Assembly (NCBI RefSeq): GCF_013004595.1
Contig: NZ_JABEMC010000008.1
Location: forward strand, 1 to 64,000
DNA: 64,000 nt
From: Brevibacterium luteolum
GTDB lineage: Bacteria > Actinomycetota > Actinomycetes > Actinomycetales > Brevibacteriaceae
Reading direction: 5' to 3'
The translations under genes were made by a program, and so were the position numbers. Each line of letters opens with the position of its first letter. The stretch's first letter is position 1. Below are positions 31,539-40,909 of the stretch, piece by piece. The notes below the pieces were generated by a model that had not been told where the DNA came from, did not search any database, and saw nothing but the letters and a program-made list of their open reading frames with translations.

Positions 31539-32183
31539 TCACATCGAGACGGCAGGTCCGCTCAGCGTCACCGTCCCCGCCACCAGCGCCGCAAGCACTG
31601 CTGCCAGCTCCTCACCATCCACCGGGATTCCGGTGGTCTCAAGCTCCGTTCCCGAGGCGGTGGGCACCTCCCGGCTGTCGCTCGCCACCTGCTCGCCGCG
31701 AGGCAGTGTCAGGCTGATCTGGGTGCCGGGGATCGGGCACACGTCGGGGTGGGCCCGGACCTCGGAGTTGAAGTCGATGCAGCCCTCCGGCGCCTCGGCT
31801 GCCAGCGCAAGTGCCGGTGCCGCGTAGACGAAGACCTCATCTGCCTCAGTGGTGATCTCATCTGCGGCATGCGATTCATCAGCAAACGCGACCCATTCCG
31901 CCTCGGGCGGCTCCGAATCCGCGCCGAGCAGCGCCACCGGCGCATCGAGTCCGAAGGCGGCCAGCATCGCCGCCAGTGCCCGCCAGTGCAGGGGACCGGT
32001 CTCGTCGAGCACAATCCCGACACCCAGATCCGGGCCGACTCCCGCCTCGGCGAACAGGCTCGTGGTCTTGTACACCCAGTTCGCCACCACCGTGCCGGTG
32101 AGTTCCAGCCGCTCACTGCTTTCCGGCAGGTAGGTGAGCACCGGGTAGCGGCGAGAGGAAAGTGCGTCGATGAGCTGCTGCAT
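31539..32183 (-). CDS. TIGR03089-like conserved actinobacterial protein
   Basis: P.LTY....ERLELTG...ANWV.KT and LHWR; typical position near cofE and whiB. Confidence 0.75.
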   Translation of the reverse strand: MQQLIDALSSRRYPVLTYLPESSERLELTGTVVANWVYKTTSLFAEAGVGPDLGVGIVLDETGPLHWRALAAMLAAFGLDAPVALLGADSEPPEAEWVAFADESHAADEITTEADEVFVYAAPALALAAEAPEGCIDFNSEVRAHPDVCPIPGTQISLTLPRGEQVASDSREVPTASGTELETTGIPVDGEELAAVLAALVAGTVTLSGPAVSM

Positions 32184-32198
32184 GGGGTCCTTTTCTTC

Positions 32199-33383
32199 TC
32201 AGGGCTGCGGGTGGGCGAGTTCGATCGAGAGTCTCGCACCGGTCGGGGAGCCGTTGTCAGCCCAGGTGTACTGGGTGCTGGCCTGCAGGTCCTCGCACCA
32301 CAGTGCGGACTGCAGGCGGTCGACGAGGGCGCCGAGGCCGAGGGTCGCTTCGATGAGAGGGTGCCCGCCGGCGACCGACCGTGCTGGGGAGTCGGCAGGG
32401 GAGATGAGGATCTGTCCGCCGGAGCCTGCGACGCGCATCCGCCACGCCGACTGGCCGGGGGTGCGGGCCGCACCGCGGCGCACGACCGCCAGGGCACGCG
32501 AGACCTTCGTGAGGATGTCGTCATCACCGTCAGCCGAGGCCGGTGCGACGTCGAGGCGCCCGCACCCGAGTGACCGGTGGACGGCTTCGACGTGACCGTA
32601 GCGGAACCAGTCCTCGACGAACTCCCGGCCCAGCTCCTGTGCGCTTCCCCCGTCTGCACGCACATGTGCACCCATGCCGCGCACGACGGCAGCCGGCAGG
32701 CCGCGCGCGGCGCCCTTGACGAGGTCGGCAGCAGCGGCGATCTCATCGGCGATCGCCCGCACCGTCACGCCCTGCCGCCGCCCGGAGTCATCGAGCCGCC
32801 CGCGCTGGTCATCGAGCACTTCGATTCCGGCCGCGCCGATGGCGATGTCGGCCACGCCTGCCCGCCATGGCCGGGAGGTCGAATCGGAGATGACAATGCC
32901 GAGCGTCGCGCCCAGCTCGCGTGAAAGCTTCGCCCGCAGCTTCTCAGCCGCCGCATCCGGATCATCCGGCTGCAGCAGCACAGTGCCACCACCGCCTGCA
33001 CCGTCCCGGGTGCCGGTGTTCGAACGATCGAGCCCGCCGGCGGCCTGCACGGTGCCGATCGGGGTGCGGGTGATCGCCACGGTCGCAGGGCCGCGGGCAG
33101 TGTGAAAGGTCCGCGCGGCCACAGTCCCGGTCGAATGCTCGGTGACGAGGCGTTCGAACTCCGTGCGGTCTGCTGCGGTGCGGATGAGCCCGTCGGCCTT
33201 GGCGACGAGCTTCGAGGCTATGACGAGGATGTCGCCGTCCTTGATCTGGATGCGGTTGTTCGCGATCGCCCAGGAGATCTCGACGGCCAGGTCGTCACCG
33301 GGTGAGATCTGCCGGATGCCGGGGATCGCGTAGGCGGTCAGCAGCCGGCTGGAGGGCGGCGGGGTTGGTGCGGGGCCGTTCAT
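32199..33383 (-). CDS. cofE: coenzyme F420-0:L-glutamate ligase-like protein with unrecognised C-terminal domain
   Basis: PGDDL, DGDILVIASKLVAK, DRSN, PDDPD, ISD..RPWR.G and ADEIAAAADLVKG. Confidence 0.8.
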   Translation of the reverse strand: MNGPAPTPPPSSRLLTAYAIPGIRQISPGDDLAVEISWAIANNRIQIKDGDILVIASKLVAKADGLIRTAADRTEFERLVTEHSTGTVAARTFHTARGPATVAITRTPIGTVQAAGGLDRSNTGTRDGAGGGGTVLLQPDDPDAAAEKLRAKLSRELGATLGIVISDSTSRPWRAGVADIAIGAAGIEVLDDQRGRLDDSGRRQGVTVRAIADEIAAAADLVKGAARGLPAAVVRGMGAHVRADGGSAQELGREFVEDWFRYGHVEAVHRSLGCGRLDVAPASADGDDDILTKVSRALAVVRRGAARTPGQSAWRMRVAGSGGQILISPADSPARSVAGGHPLIEATLGLGALVDRLQSALWCEDLQASTQYTWADNGSPTGARLSIELAHPQP

Positions 33384-33525
33384 AGCCTCCATCATGTCAC
33401 CTTGCCCTCAGCGGTGCCCGCGCCAACAGGTATGGCGAGAAAAACCGCAGAGATCACAGAATGGCACCAGTTGTGGTCAGTGCATGCCACGGGCACCATA
33501 TGTAGTGATAAAGGGCACTCTGGGT

Positions 33526-33541
33526 TGGAACACCCGTTCGA
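33526..33541. promoter_or_regulatory. candidate LexA (SOS) box
   Basis: TGGAAC-ACCC-GTTCGA, one mismatch to the actinobacterial consensus TCGAAC-N4-GTTCGA. Confidence 0.6.
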
Positions 33542-33580
33542 ATGGGCTGCGGCTGGGTCCTTTGAATACCAAACAGGCGC

Positions 33581-33612
33581 TTGACTAATAGGTAATGACA
33601 CGCGTGTAATTT
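33581..33612 (+). promoter_or_regulatory. whiB sigma-A-type promoter
   Basis: TTGACT at 33581 and TGTAATTT at 33605-33612, with GACAC in the spacer. Confidence 0.55.
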
Positions 33613-33708
33613 TAGGTACGGGAAGGCCGGATGTCCGTACAGAAGCAGGGGAACGGCACTGAGGTTCTCCAGCGCTTCACGGCATCCGGCAAGCGAAAGG
33701 GGAAGACC

Positions 33709-34179
33709 GTGACTACTGCACGCAACTACGCGAGACAAGAGCAGCCGGCACTGCAGCCGGCCGTCTCCGCACCGGGTGTGACCGCGCGAACCGCCGAAGA
33801 CTGGTTCGTCGATCCGACCCGCGCCACTCCGACCATTGTTCCGGATCCGCTCCAGCTCGATCCACTCGACCTGAGCCCAGTGCCGGGTGAGCCGACCCCA
33901 TCGGAGAGCCTGGCGGCCGTCTCACCGCTGTCGCTGCTGCTCGGCGACGCCGACGAGACTGCGCTGAGCTGGCAGGACCAGGCGCTGTGCGCCCAGACCG
34001 ATCCCGAGGCGTTCTTCCCTGAGAAGGGCGGCTCGACGCGCGAAGCGAAGAAGGTCTGCGCCTCCTGCGAGGTCCGCTCCGAATGCCTCGAGTACGCGCT
34101 GCAGAACGACGAGCGCTTCGGCATCTGGGGCGGGCTGTCCGAACGCGAACGGCGGCGACTGAAGAAGCGGGTCGTGTGA
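33709..34179 (+). CDS. whiB: WhiB (WhiB2/WhcD-type) Fe-S transcription factor with Pro-rich N-terminal extension
   Basis: WQDQALCAQTDPEAFFPEKGGSTREAKKVC..C....C and GIWGG; purine-rich SD before GTG 33709. Confidence 0.95.
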   Translation: MTTARNYARQEQPALQPAVSAPGVTARTAEDWFVDPTRATPTIVPDPLQLDPLDLSPVPGEPTPSESLAAVSPLSLLLGDADETALSWQDQALCAQTDPEAFFPEKGGSTREAKKVCASCEVRSECLEYALQNDERFGIWGGLSERERRRLKKRVV

Positions 34180-37100
34180 GTTTCAGTGTTGCGGCCGTCA
34201 TCCGCACCGGCGGCCACACCGTCAGCCGAGCCTGGCTGACAGCACTGCGGCACCATTTCCCTCAGATCACCTCGGTGGCGCTGCTCGACGACTCTCGGAC
34301 AGCGCAGAAGCTCGCCCGCCGGCGCCGGCGGAATCCCGAACTGCCGGCGGGCGAGACCCTCACCGCAGCCGAACTGGTGTCCTCCCCGGACCTCGAGCGC
34401 GCTGACTACGTCTGGTTCCTTTCCCCTGACTCCCTTCCGGAACCCGACTGCCTCACCCAGCTGCACACCCGGCTCAGCGCCGCCGACACACTGGCCGTCG
34501 TCGGTCCGAAGATCCTGTCTGCCGACGGTGACCTCGTTTCCGTCGGCGTGACGACCACCGCTGATGGCGCCCGCTACTCACCGGTCAGCCCCGGTGAGGA
34601 GGACGCCGGACAGCACAACCGCCGCGAGGACGTCTTCGCCGTCGACGAACCCGGCATGCTCGTCGCCGCCGCCGTCGTCCGCCAGCTCGGTGTGCCCTCT
34701 GAGACCCTGTCGGTGAGCTACCGCGGCATCGAATACTGCGACCGGCTGCGCCGAGCCGGCCACCGCGTCGAAGTCGTTCCCCAAGCCCGCATCGCCATCC
34801 CGACCGAGGGAATCGGCCGCTACTACTCGTCCCCGCGCCCGCTGCCGCACAAGCACATCGTCCGCCACGAGCACCGCTACCGGCTGGCGACCGCCACCCG
34901 CGGCCGCTCGAGCATCATGCAGCTCAAACTCACGCTGCTCGCCGTTCTCAAAGCACTCGGCAACCTACTCGCCAACTCACCCGATGAAGCCTCCTGGTGG
35001 CTCGGCGCCGCCTGGGCGCTGCCGCAGGACGCCCACGCCACCCGCCGGCTGCGCCGCTACCGCACCGGAGGCAGCCTGCCGGCCAGCGTCTACGCCAGCA
35101 AACACGACCTGCGCTCGGCCCGGCGCGAACTCGCCGGAGTCGGCGGCGAGGTCGCGGCCGACCACCTGCGCGAAGACGGCGCGCTCAACACCGCCGGCGA
35201 CCTCGCCGAGTTCTCCGGCATCGACATCCGCACCAAGCGCAGCCTGCTCTTCCACCCGCTCGTCGTCATCATCGTCGTCAGCTCGATTGCCAGCGCGCTC
35301 ATGTTCTACCGGCTCATCGGCCCCGGCGCGATCACCGGCGGCGCCTGGGCCCGCCTCGACGTACCCTTCGCCGAGGTCGTCACCAGGATCTTCTCACCGG
35401 TCCTCGAACTCGGCCTCGGCAGCTCGACGCCAGCCGATCCGCTGCTGAGCGTCCTGGCCGTCCTCAGTCTGCCCTTCGGCGGCAGTCTTGACCTCATGCT
35501 GCGCAGCCTCTGGCTGCTCGCCCTGCCGCTGGCAGCGACCATCATGTACCTGTGTGCTGGCCGCGTCGTGCCCGCCGCCGGACTGCGGGCTCTGCTGGCC
35601 CTCATCTGGATCGCCCAGCCCGCCTTCCTCATCTCCTTGCACGACGGCCGCGTCGGCACCGTGCTGTCCTGGATCGTCGCCCCGGCCGCACTGTGGGCAC
35701 TCGACCGCTCGATCCACTACCGGTCGGTCGCCGCAGCCGCAGCCTGCGGGCTCGCCTTCGCCGTCATCATGGCAGGCTCACCCTTCCTCATCGTCCCGAT
35801 CATCATCGTCGTCATCACGGTCATGATCCTCTACCGCTCCACCAGCTTCATCTGGGCGCTGCTGCCCGGCATCGGCCTGTCCTGGCCGTGGCTCATCGCC
35901 GCCATCCGCCAGCCCGATGCGCTGCTGACCAACCCCGGCCGCGTCCTCGACTACGCCCAGCCGCACAGCTTCCAGCTCGCCCTCGGCTGGGCCACCCGCC
36001 CGCAGCTGGCCTTCCTGGAGAACTGGCTGCCCGCACCTGCCGTTCCGTGGGTGCTCGCCGCCCTGCTGCTGCCGCTGCTCGCCGCTCTCGTGCTCGCAGC
36101 CCTGCGGGTGCGCAACAACCTCGCCGTCCTCGCCCTGGCCGTTGTCTGCTACTCCGCAGGACTCGCCGGCGCGATCGTGCAGGCCGCGCTCGAAGGACAA
36201 CTCACCGCCGACGGACTCGTCGCCTCCTTCACCGGCGACTCGATGCTGCTCATCGGCCTGGGCTTCTGTGGCTTCACCGCCGCCGCGCTGTGGCCGGTGG
36301 CCCTCGACCGCGGCTCCCGGGTGCGCAACTACGCGCTGCGCGGCCTCATCCCAGCCGGCGCACTGCTCATGATCACGGCCTTCACGCTGCAGTCCCTGCT
36401 CGTCGGCACCCCGATCCACCGCACCACCGCCTCGCCGCTGCCGGCCTTCGCCGCCGAACGCCACACCGGTGCGCTCGGCCAGCAGACCCTCATCCTGCAA
36501 TCGGATGACGACCAGCTCTACGGACAGCTCGTCACCCCGGAGTCGAACACCATCCTCACCACCTCGACGATGCACGAAGCGCGCAGCATCAGCGGCCACC
36601 CCTTCGACCGCCGTCCTGTCGCCATCGACGACGCCGACATCGCACTCGCCCGCGTCATCGGCCGGCTCACCAGCGGCAGCGGAGACGACACCCGCACCGC
36701 GCTCGACCAGCTCGGCATCGGCTTCGTCGTCATCCGCGGATCCGGGGCCAGCGAACTGGCCCAGACCGTTGCCGTCTCCCCAGGGCTCACCCGCCTCGGG
36801 GCCACCGATCAGGGGCTGCTCTACCAGGTGGTGCCCGACGGATCACCGCTGTCCTCAGCCTCCGTCGTCGCCGATGACGGCAGCCTCAGCCCCGTCGAGA
36901 TCGTCGACGGCCGCGGAGAAATCCCGGCAGGCACCGGCCAGCGCACCCTCATCCTCGCCGAGCGAGTCGGACTGGCCCGCGTGCAGATCAACGGTCAGGA
37001 CGCCGTGCGCGAGGAGGCCCGCACCGGCGCGCCGAGCTGGCAGGCCGCCTATCAGCTGCCCGACGAGGCATCGACGGTGACCATCAGCTACACCTACCCG

Positions 37101-37262
37101 CAGTACGCGATCGGCGTGGGCATCGGCTGGGTGCTCGTCTTCGTGTCCGTGCTCGTCGCAATCCCCTTCGGCAACCGGTCGCGTGCCCGCACCGCCCCAC
37201 GGCCGGCGACCACCGCCTCGGGCACGGCTGAACACCGGACCGACGAAAGGGTCAGCGCATGA
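34176..37262 (+). CDS. large membrane protein with degenerate GT2 domain and polytopic region
   Basis: GTGA overlap with whiB; GT2-like DYVWFL..D..P.PDCL and VVGPKI; many TM segments; conserved position after whiB. Confidence 0.8.
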   Translation: MSFSVAAVIRTGGHTVSRAWLTALRHHFPQITSVALLDDSRTAQKLARRRRRNPELPAGETLTAAELVSSPDLERADYVWFLSPDSLPEPDCLTQLHTRLSAADTLAVVGPKILSADGDLVSVGVTTTADGARYSPVSPGEEDAGQHNRREDVFAVDEPGMLVAAAVVRQLGVPSETLSVSYRGIEYCDRLRRAGHRVEVVPQARIAIPTEGIGRYYSSPRPLPHKHIVRHEHRYRLATATRGRSSIMQLKLTLLAVLKALGNLLANSPDEASWWLGAAWALPQDAHATRRLRRYRTGGSLPASVYASKHDLRSARRELAGVGGEVAADHLREDGALNTAGDLAEFSGIDIRTKRSLLFHPLVVIIVVSSIASALMFYRLIGPGAITGGAWARLDVPFAEVVTRIFSPVLELGLGSSTPADPLLSVLAVLSLPFGGSLDLMLRSLWLLALPLAATIMYLCAGRVVPAAGLRALLALIWIAQPAFLISLHDGRVGTVLSWIVAPAALWALDRSIHYRSVAAAAACGLAFAVIMAGSPFLIVPIIIVVITVMILYRSTSFIWALLPGIGLSWPWLIAAIRQPDALLTNPGRVLDYAQPHSFQLALGWATRPQLAFLENWLPAPAVPWVLAALLLPLLAALVLAALRVRNNLAVLALAVVCYSAGLAGAIVQAALEGQLTADGLVASFTGDSMLLIGLGFCGFTAAALWPVALDRGSRVRNYALRGLIPAGALLMITAFTLQSLLVGTPIHRTTASPLPAFAAERHTGALGQQTLILQSDDDQLYGQLVTPESNTILTTSTMHEARSISGHPFDRRPVAIDDADIALARVIGRLTSGSGDDTRTALDQLGIGFVVIRGSGASELAQTVAVSPGLTRLGATDQGLLYQVVPDGSPLSSASVVADDGSLSPVEIVDGRGEIPAGTGQRTLILAERVGLARVQINGQDAVREEARTGAPSWQAAYQLPDEASTVTISYTYPQYAIGVGIGWVLVFVSVLVAIPFGNRSRARTAPRPATTASGTAEHRTDERVSA

Positions 37263-38713
37263 ACCGCCGCAACCTGCGCTCCGTGCTCACCTTCACCGCG
37301 ATCGGGCTGCCAGGCCTCATGATCGCGGTGACCGGGTACCTGCAGCCGCTGGCCGGCGGATCCGTGCCGCGCGGGGCCGAGCAGGTGCGGCTGCCAGCCA
37401 CCGACACCGTGTCGATGTGCCCCGGGCCGTTCAAGACCGAAGACGATGCTGCCGGCACCGATGAGGAGTTCCAGACCAGCGAGGTCCCGACCCCGACCGT
37501 GCGCACCGCCTCGGCGCTGACCCAGGCCCCGGACTCGACGATCCTCGCCGCAGGACTCGAATCCCGGACGCTCGGCGGCGAAGACAACTACACGGTCGGG
37601 ACGACCAACGGATTCGTCTCCGGTGCCGACGAGCAGCAGGATCCGACGACCGTCACCGGTGTGGCCGAGGGTGAGAACCCTGCCCTCGTCTCCGCTGTGC
37701 AGGTGACCCGCGCCGATGACGGCGACTGGGCCGGGGTCGCAGCCCTCGAATGCGTCCGCCCGGCCACCCACGCCCGGTTCGCGACCTCCGGTGCCTCGGC
37801 GACCGACGATGTGCGCCTCGTGCTCACCAACCCAGGCGAGACGACGATCACCGCGACGACCGAGGCGACCGGCGCGCACGGCCCGATCGACATCGGCGGT
37901 GATGCGACCGTGAGCCTGCAGCCGCGCGAGCAGCGAGTCATCCAGCTCGGTGCGATCGCAGCTGAGGAACCCGAGGTGGGCCTGACGGTGAGTGCTGACG
38001 GCGGGCTCATCGGAGCAGCCCTGCAGCATGCGAAGCGCTCCGGGCTCACCGCCGAGGGCATTGAGATGAGCGGGCCGGTGGCCGATCCGGCGCGCGAGGT
38101 GTACCTGCCCGTGGCTGTCGGGGGACCGGCACGGCTGCGGCTGAGCAACCCGAACGGCGAGCCGGTCAGCGTCGATGTCAGCGCTGTCGGCGTCGACGGG
38201 CCGGTCGATCTGGCCCGCTCGGGCACCTCGATCCCGGCACACGGCACCGTCACCCTCGACATCGGCGAGATCCCGCCTGCCGCCTTGACGATCACTGCCG
38301 GAGACCGGGTCACCGCCGCCGTCGAGGTCACCCGCGACGGAGACGGCGGAGCTGACTTCGCGGTGTTCCCGGCCGTCGAGAAGCTGAATTCGCGTCAGCT
38401 GCTCATGCTGCCGGAGAACACCGGCGCGACGATGCTGTTCGGCCCCGGTGAGGGCACGCTCGGGGTCGTCGGCCTGCGCGGTGACGGCTCTGCGACCGGG
38501 CAGTTCCCTGTCGACCTGTCCGGCGACCGGGCCACCGAGGTCAACCCCGCCGAGCTGCTCGGCGACGACACCGCTGCGGTCATCATCGAAACGCCCGCCG
38601 ATGTCAGCGCCTTCGCCGCCGGCGTGGCCCTGACCGGCCGGGGCATCAGCTCGCTGACCGTGCCCGATGCGCCATCGGGCATCGGCTATCGCAATATCCG
38701 GCTGACGGACTGA
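37259..38713 (+). CDS. secreted or anchored protein (DUF5719-like)
   Basis: N-terminal hydrophobic segment, CPGP and repeated L.L.NP motifs; synteny. Confidence 0.7.
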   Translation: MNRRNLRSVLTFTAIGLPGLMIAVTGYLQPLAGGSVPRGAEQVRLPATDTVSMCPGPFKTEDDAAGTDEEFQTSEVPTPTVRTASALTQAPDSTILAAGLESRTLGGEDNYTVGTTNGFVSGADEQQDPTTVTGVAEGENPALVSAVQVTRADDGDWAGVAALECVRPATHARFATSGASATDDVRLVLTNPGETTITATTEATGAHGPIDIGGDATVSLQPREQRVIQLGAIAAEEPEVGLTVSADGGLIGAALQHAKRSGLTAEGIEMSGPVADPAREVYLPVAVGGPARLRLSNPNGEPVSVDVSAVGVDGPVDLARSGTSIPAHGTVTLDIGEIPPAALTITAGDRVTAAVEVTRDGDGGADFAVFPAVEKLNSRQLLMLPENTGATMLFGPGEGTLGVVGLRGDGSATGQFPVDLSGDRATEVNPAELLGDDTAAVIIETPADVSAFAAGVALTGRGISSLTVPDAPSGIGYRNIRLTD

Positions 38714-38716
38714 ACG

Positions 38717-39103
38717 TCAGGGCAGCAGATCGTCGGGGTGGCGGCCGCACAGCACTGAGGCCTGCTCGGCGAGCACCTCGGCGACGAGTTCGTTGAGCTC
38801 CTCGAAGTCCTGGCACCGGCTGACGACCGGCAGCCGGTAGATGACGATCGTGGCCGGGCGGTCGCGCCGGGCCGGAAACACCCGGCCGAGCTCCACCTGG
38901 CGCGCCGGCGGCGGAACCTGGTCGACAGCCAGCCGCACCTCGGAGAGATCGCCGTCGGCGCGCAGCCGGATCTGCTCGAAGATGCGGGCGGCCAGGGCGG
39001 CGAAGCGCTGGGCGCGGGTGCGCTTGGCCGGCACCTCGGCGAGGAACAGCTCACCGCGCACGCCACGGCCGTGACGGTCCCGGGGGAGGCGGCGGGCTGG
39101 CAT
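38717..39103 (-). CDS. zincin-like metallopeptidase-family protein (Rv3259-like)
   Basis: RDRHGRGVRG, AVDQVP and IVIYRLPV; TACAAT-N6-ATG start. Confidence 0.8.
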   Translation of the reverse strand: MPARRLPRDRHGRGVRGELFLAEVPAKRTRAQRFAALAARIFEQIRLRADGDLSEVRLAVDQVPPPARQVELGRVFPARRDRPATIVIYRLPVVSRCQDFEELNELVAEVLAEQASVLCGRHPDDLLP

Positions 39104-39128
39104 ACCGCGATTGTATTAGACTCGTGGC

Positions 39129-39461
39129 GTGCCTGGAGTGAGACTGTGCTCGAAGATGAACTGCAACCGTTCAGCAGCGTGGACGCTGACATACGTCCAC
39201 GCTGATGCGTGTATTGTCATCGGTCCGCTGTCCATGCACGCCCAGCCGGGAGCCCACGATCTGTGCAGCATGCACGCCGAGAGGCTGACCGCACCCGTCG
39301 GCTGGCAGCTCATCCGCCTCGGGCAGGGGGAGGAGACCCCGGAGCGCAGCCGCGATGACCTGCTTGCGATCGCCGACGCCGTGCGCGAGGCCGCCAAACC
39401 CAAGCCGGAGCCCGAGGGGCGCACCCACGGGCATCTGCGTGTGATCGGAAACGGAGACTGA
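39129..39461 (+). CDS. DUF3499 protein
   Basis: CSK..C, TLTYV, DLC..HAERLTAP.GW and DDLLAIADAVREA; TAGACT-N6-GTG start. Confidence 0.88.
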   Translation: MPGVRLCSKMNCNRSAAWTLTYVHADACIVIGPLSMHAQPGAHDLCSMHAERLTAPVGWQLIRLGQGEETPERSRDDLLAIADAVREAAKPKPEPEGRTHGHLRVIGNGD

Positions 39462-40894
39462 TGACGACCCGAGCCGCACAGCTTTCGCGCGCCCTCAAGG
39501 CCTACGACATCCGTGGCCGGATCGGCATCGACCTCGACGACGACGTCGTCTTCGCCATCGGCTGGGCGACAGCCCACGTCATGCACCGCGAGCACGGCAG
39601 CAGCCGGGTCGTCATCGGCCGCGATATGCGCCCGGACTCCCCGCGGTTCGCCGAGGCGCTGGCCGCCGGGGTCGAAGCAGCCGGGTTCGAGGCCACACGG
39701 CTGGGCATGACGTCGACGGACCAGCTGTACTTCGCCTCCGGGCACTGGAATGCCCCTGGCCTCATGGTCACGGCGAGTCACAATCCTGCTGACTGGAACG
39801 GCATCAAGATCTGCGGCCCGGCCGCCGCCGGGATCTCCCGTGATTCCGGACTCGACGCCATCCGCCTGCTCGCCCTCGAAGCGCCTGAGCACCCAGGTGA
39901 GACGACTGGGCAGGTGCCCGTCGCCTCGGGCGCGGCCGCCAGCGAACTCGCTGAGGCCTTCGCCCGCCGGATCCGGTCGCTCACCGGGATTGAGGCGATC
40001 GACCGGCCGCTGCGGATCGTCGCCGACTGCGGCAACGGGATGGCTGGCAAGCTGCTGCCCGAGGTGTTCGGCACCGGAGCTGGGCTGGCGGCTGCCCCGA
40101 TCGACGTCATCGGGCTCTACACGGAGCTCGACGGCACCTTCCCCAACCACGAGGCGAACCCGCTCGACCCGGCGAATCTGCGCGATGTGCAGGCTGCAGT
40201 CGTCGGCCACGACGCTGACCTGGGCCTTGCCTTCGACGGCGATGCCGACCGCTGCTTCTTCATCGACGAACACGGTGAGGCAGTCTCGGCGTCTGCGATC
40301 GGCGCGCTTGTGGCCGTCCGCGAGATCAGCCGAGCCCGCACCGAGCGCGGCGAGGAGACCCCGGTCGTGCTGCACAACCTCATCACCTCACGCGCCGTGC
40401 CCGAGGCGATCACCGCCGCCGACGGACAGGCCGTGCGCACGCCGGTGGGTCACTCGCGGATCAAGCAGCTCATGCGCCAGCACGATGCCGTGTTCGCCTG
40501 CGAGCACTCCGCGCACTACTACTTCCGCGACTTCTACGGCGCTGATTCCGGAATCCTTGCCGCCTGCCACGTCATCGCGGCGCTGGCCGAGACGACCCAG
40601 CCGCTGAGCGAGCTCGTCGCCGAATGGAACCCGTACGTCGCCTCCGGGGAGATCAATTCCGTTGTCGACGACCCCGAGGCTGCACTCGCCCGGATCCGGC
40701 AGGCCGCCTTCGAGGGCGTGTTCGACGAATGCCAGGTCGATGACCTCGACGGGGTCATGATCGAGATGCCCGAGGCGTGGTGCAACGTCCGGCCGTCTAA
40801 CACCGAACCGCTCGTGCGCCTCAACTGCGAGGCGCCAACGCAGGAGCGCACCGATCAGCTCGTGTCCACAGCTCTGGAACTCATCCGCCGATAG
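39461..40894 (+). CDS. manB: phosphomannomutase/phosphoglucomutase
   Basis: KAYDIRG, TASHNP, FDGDADR, EHSAH and RPSNTEP. Confidence 0.93.
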   Translation: MTTRAAQLSRALKAYDIRGRIGIDLDDDVVFAIGWATAHVMHREHGSSRVVIGRDMRPDSPRFAEALAAGVEAAGFEATRLGMTSTDQLYFASGHWNAPGLMVTASHNPADWNGIKICGPAAAGISRDSGLDAIRLLALEAPEHPGETTGQVPVASGAAASELAEAFARRIRSLTGIEAIDRPLRIVADCGNGMAGKLLPEVFGTGAGLAAAPIDVIGLYTELDGTFPNHEANPLDPANLRDVQAAVVGHDADLGLAFDGDADRCFFIDEHGEAVSASAIGALVAVREISRARTERGEETPVVLHNLITSRAVPEAITAADGQAVRTPVGHSRIKQLMRQHDAVFACEHSAHYYFRDFYGADSGILAACHVIAALAETTQPLSELVAEWNPYVASGEINSVVDDPEAALARIRQAAFEGVFDECQVDDLDGVMIEMPEAWCNVRPSNTEPLVRLNCEAPTQERTDQLVSTALELIRR

Positions 40895-40909
40895 CCGAGA
40901 GGAATCTCC

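Noticed and set aside
33504..33519. CRP/GlxR-like site AGTGA-N6-GCACT upstream of whiB
   Set aside because: Only 7/10 match; too weak without conservation data
38717..39103. Missing HExxH in the zincin-like protein as a novelty
   Set aside because: Relatives at this locus commonly lack it, as far as I recall; not distinctive
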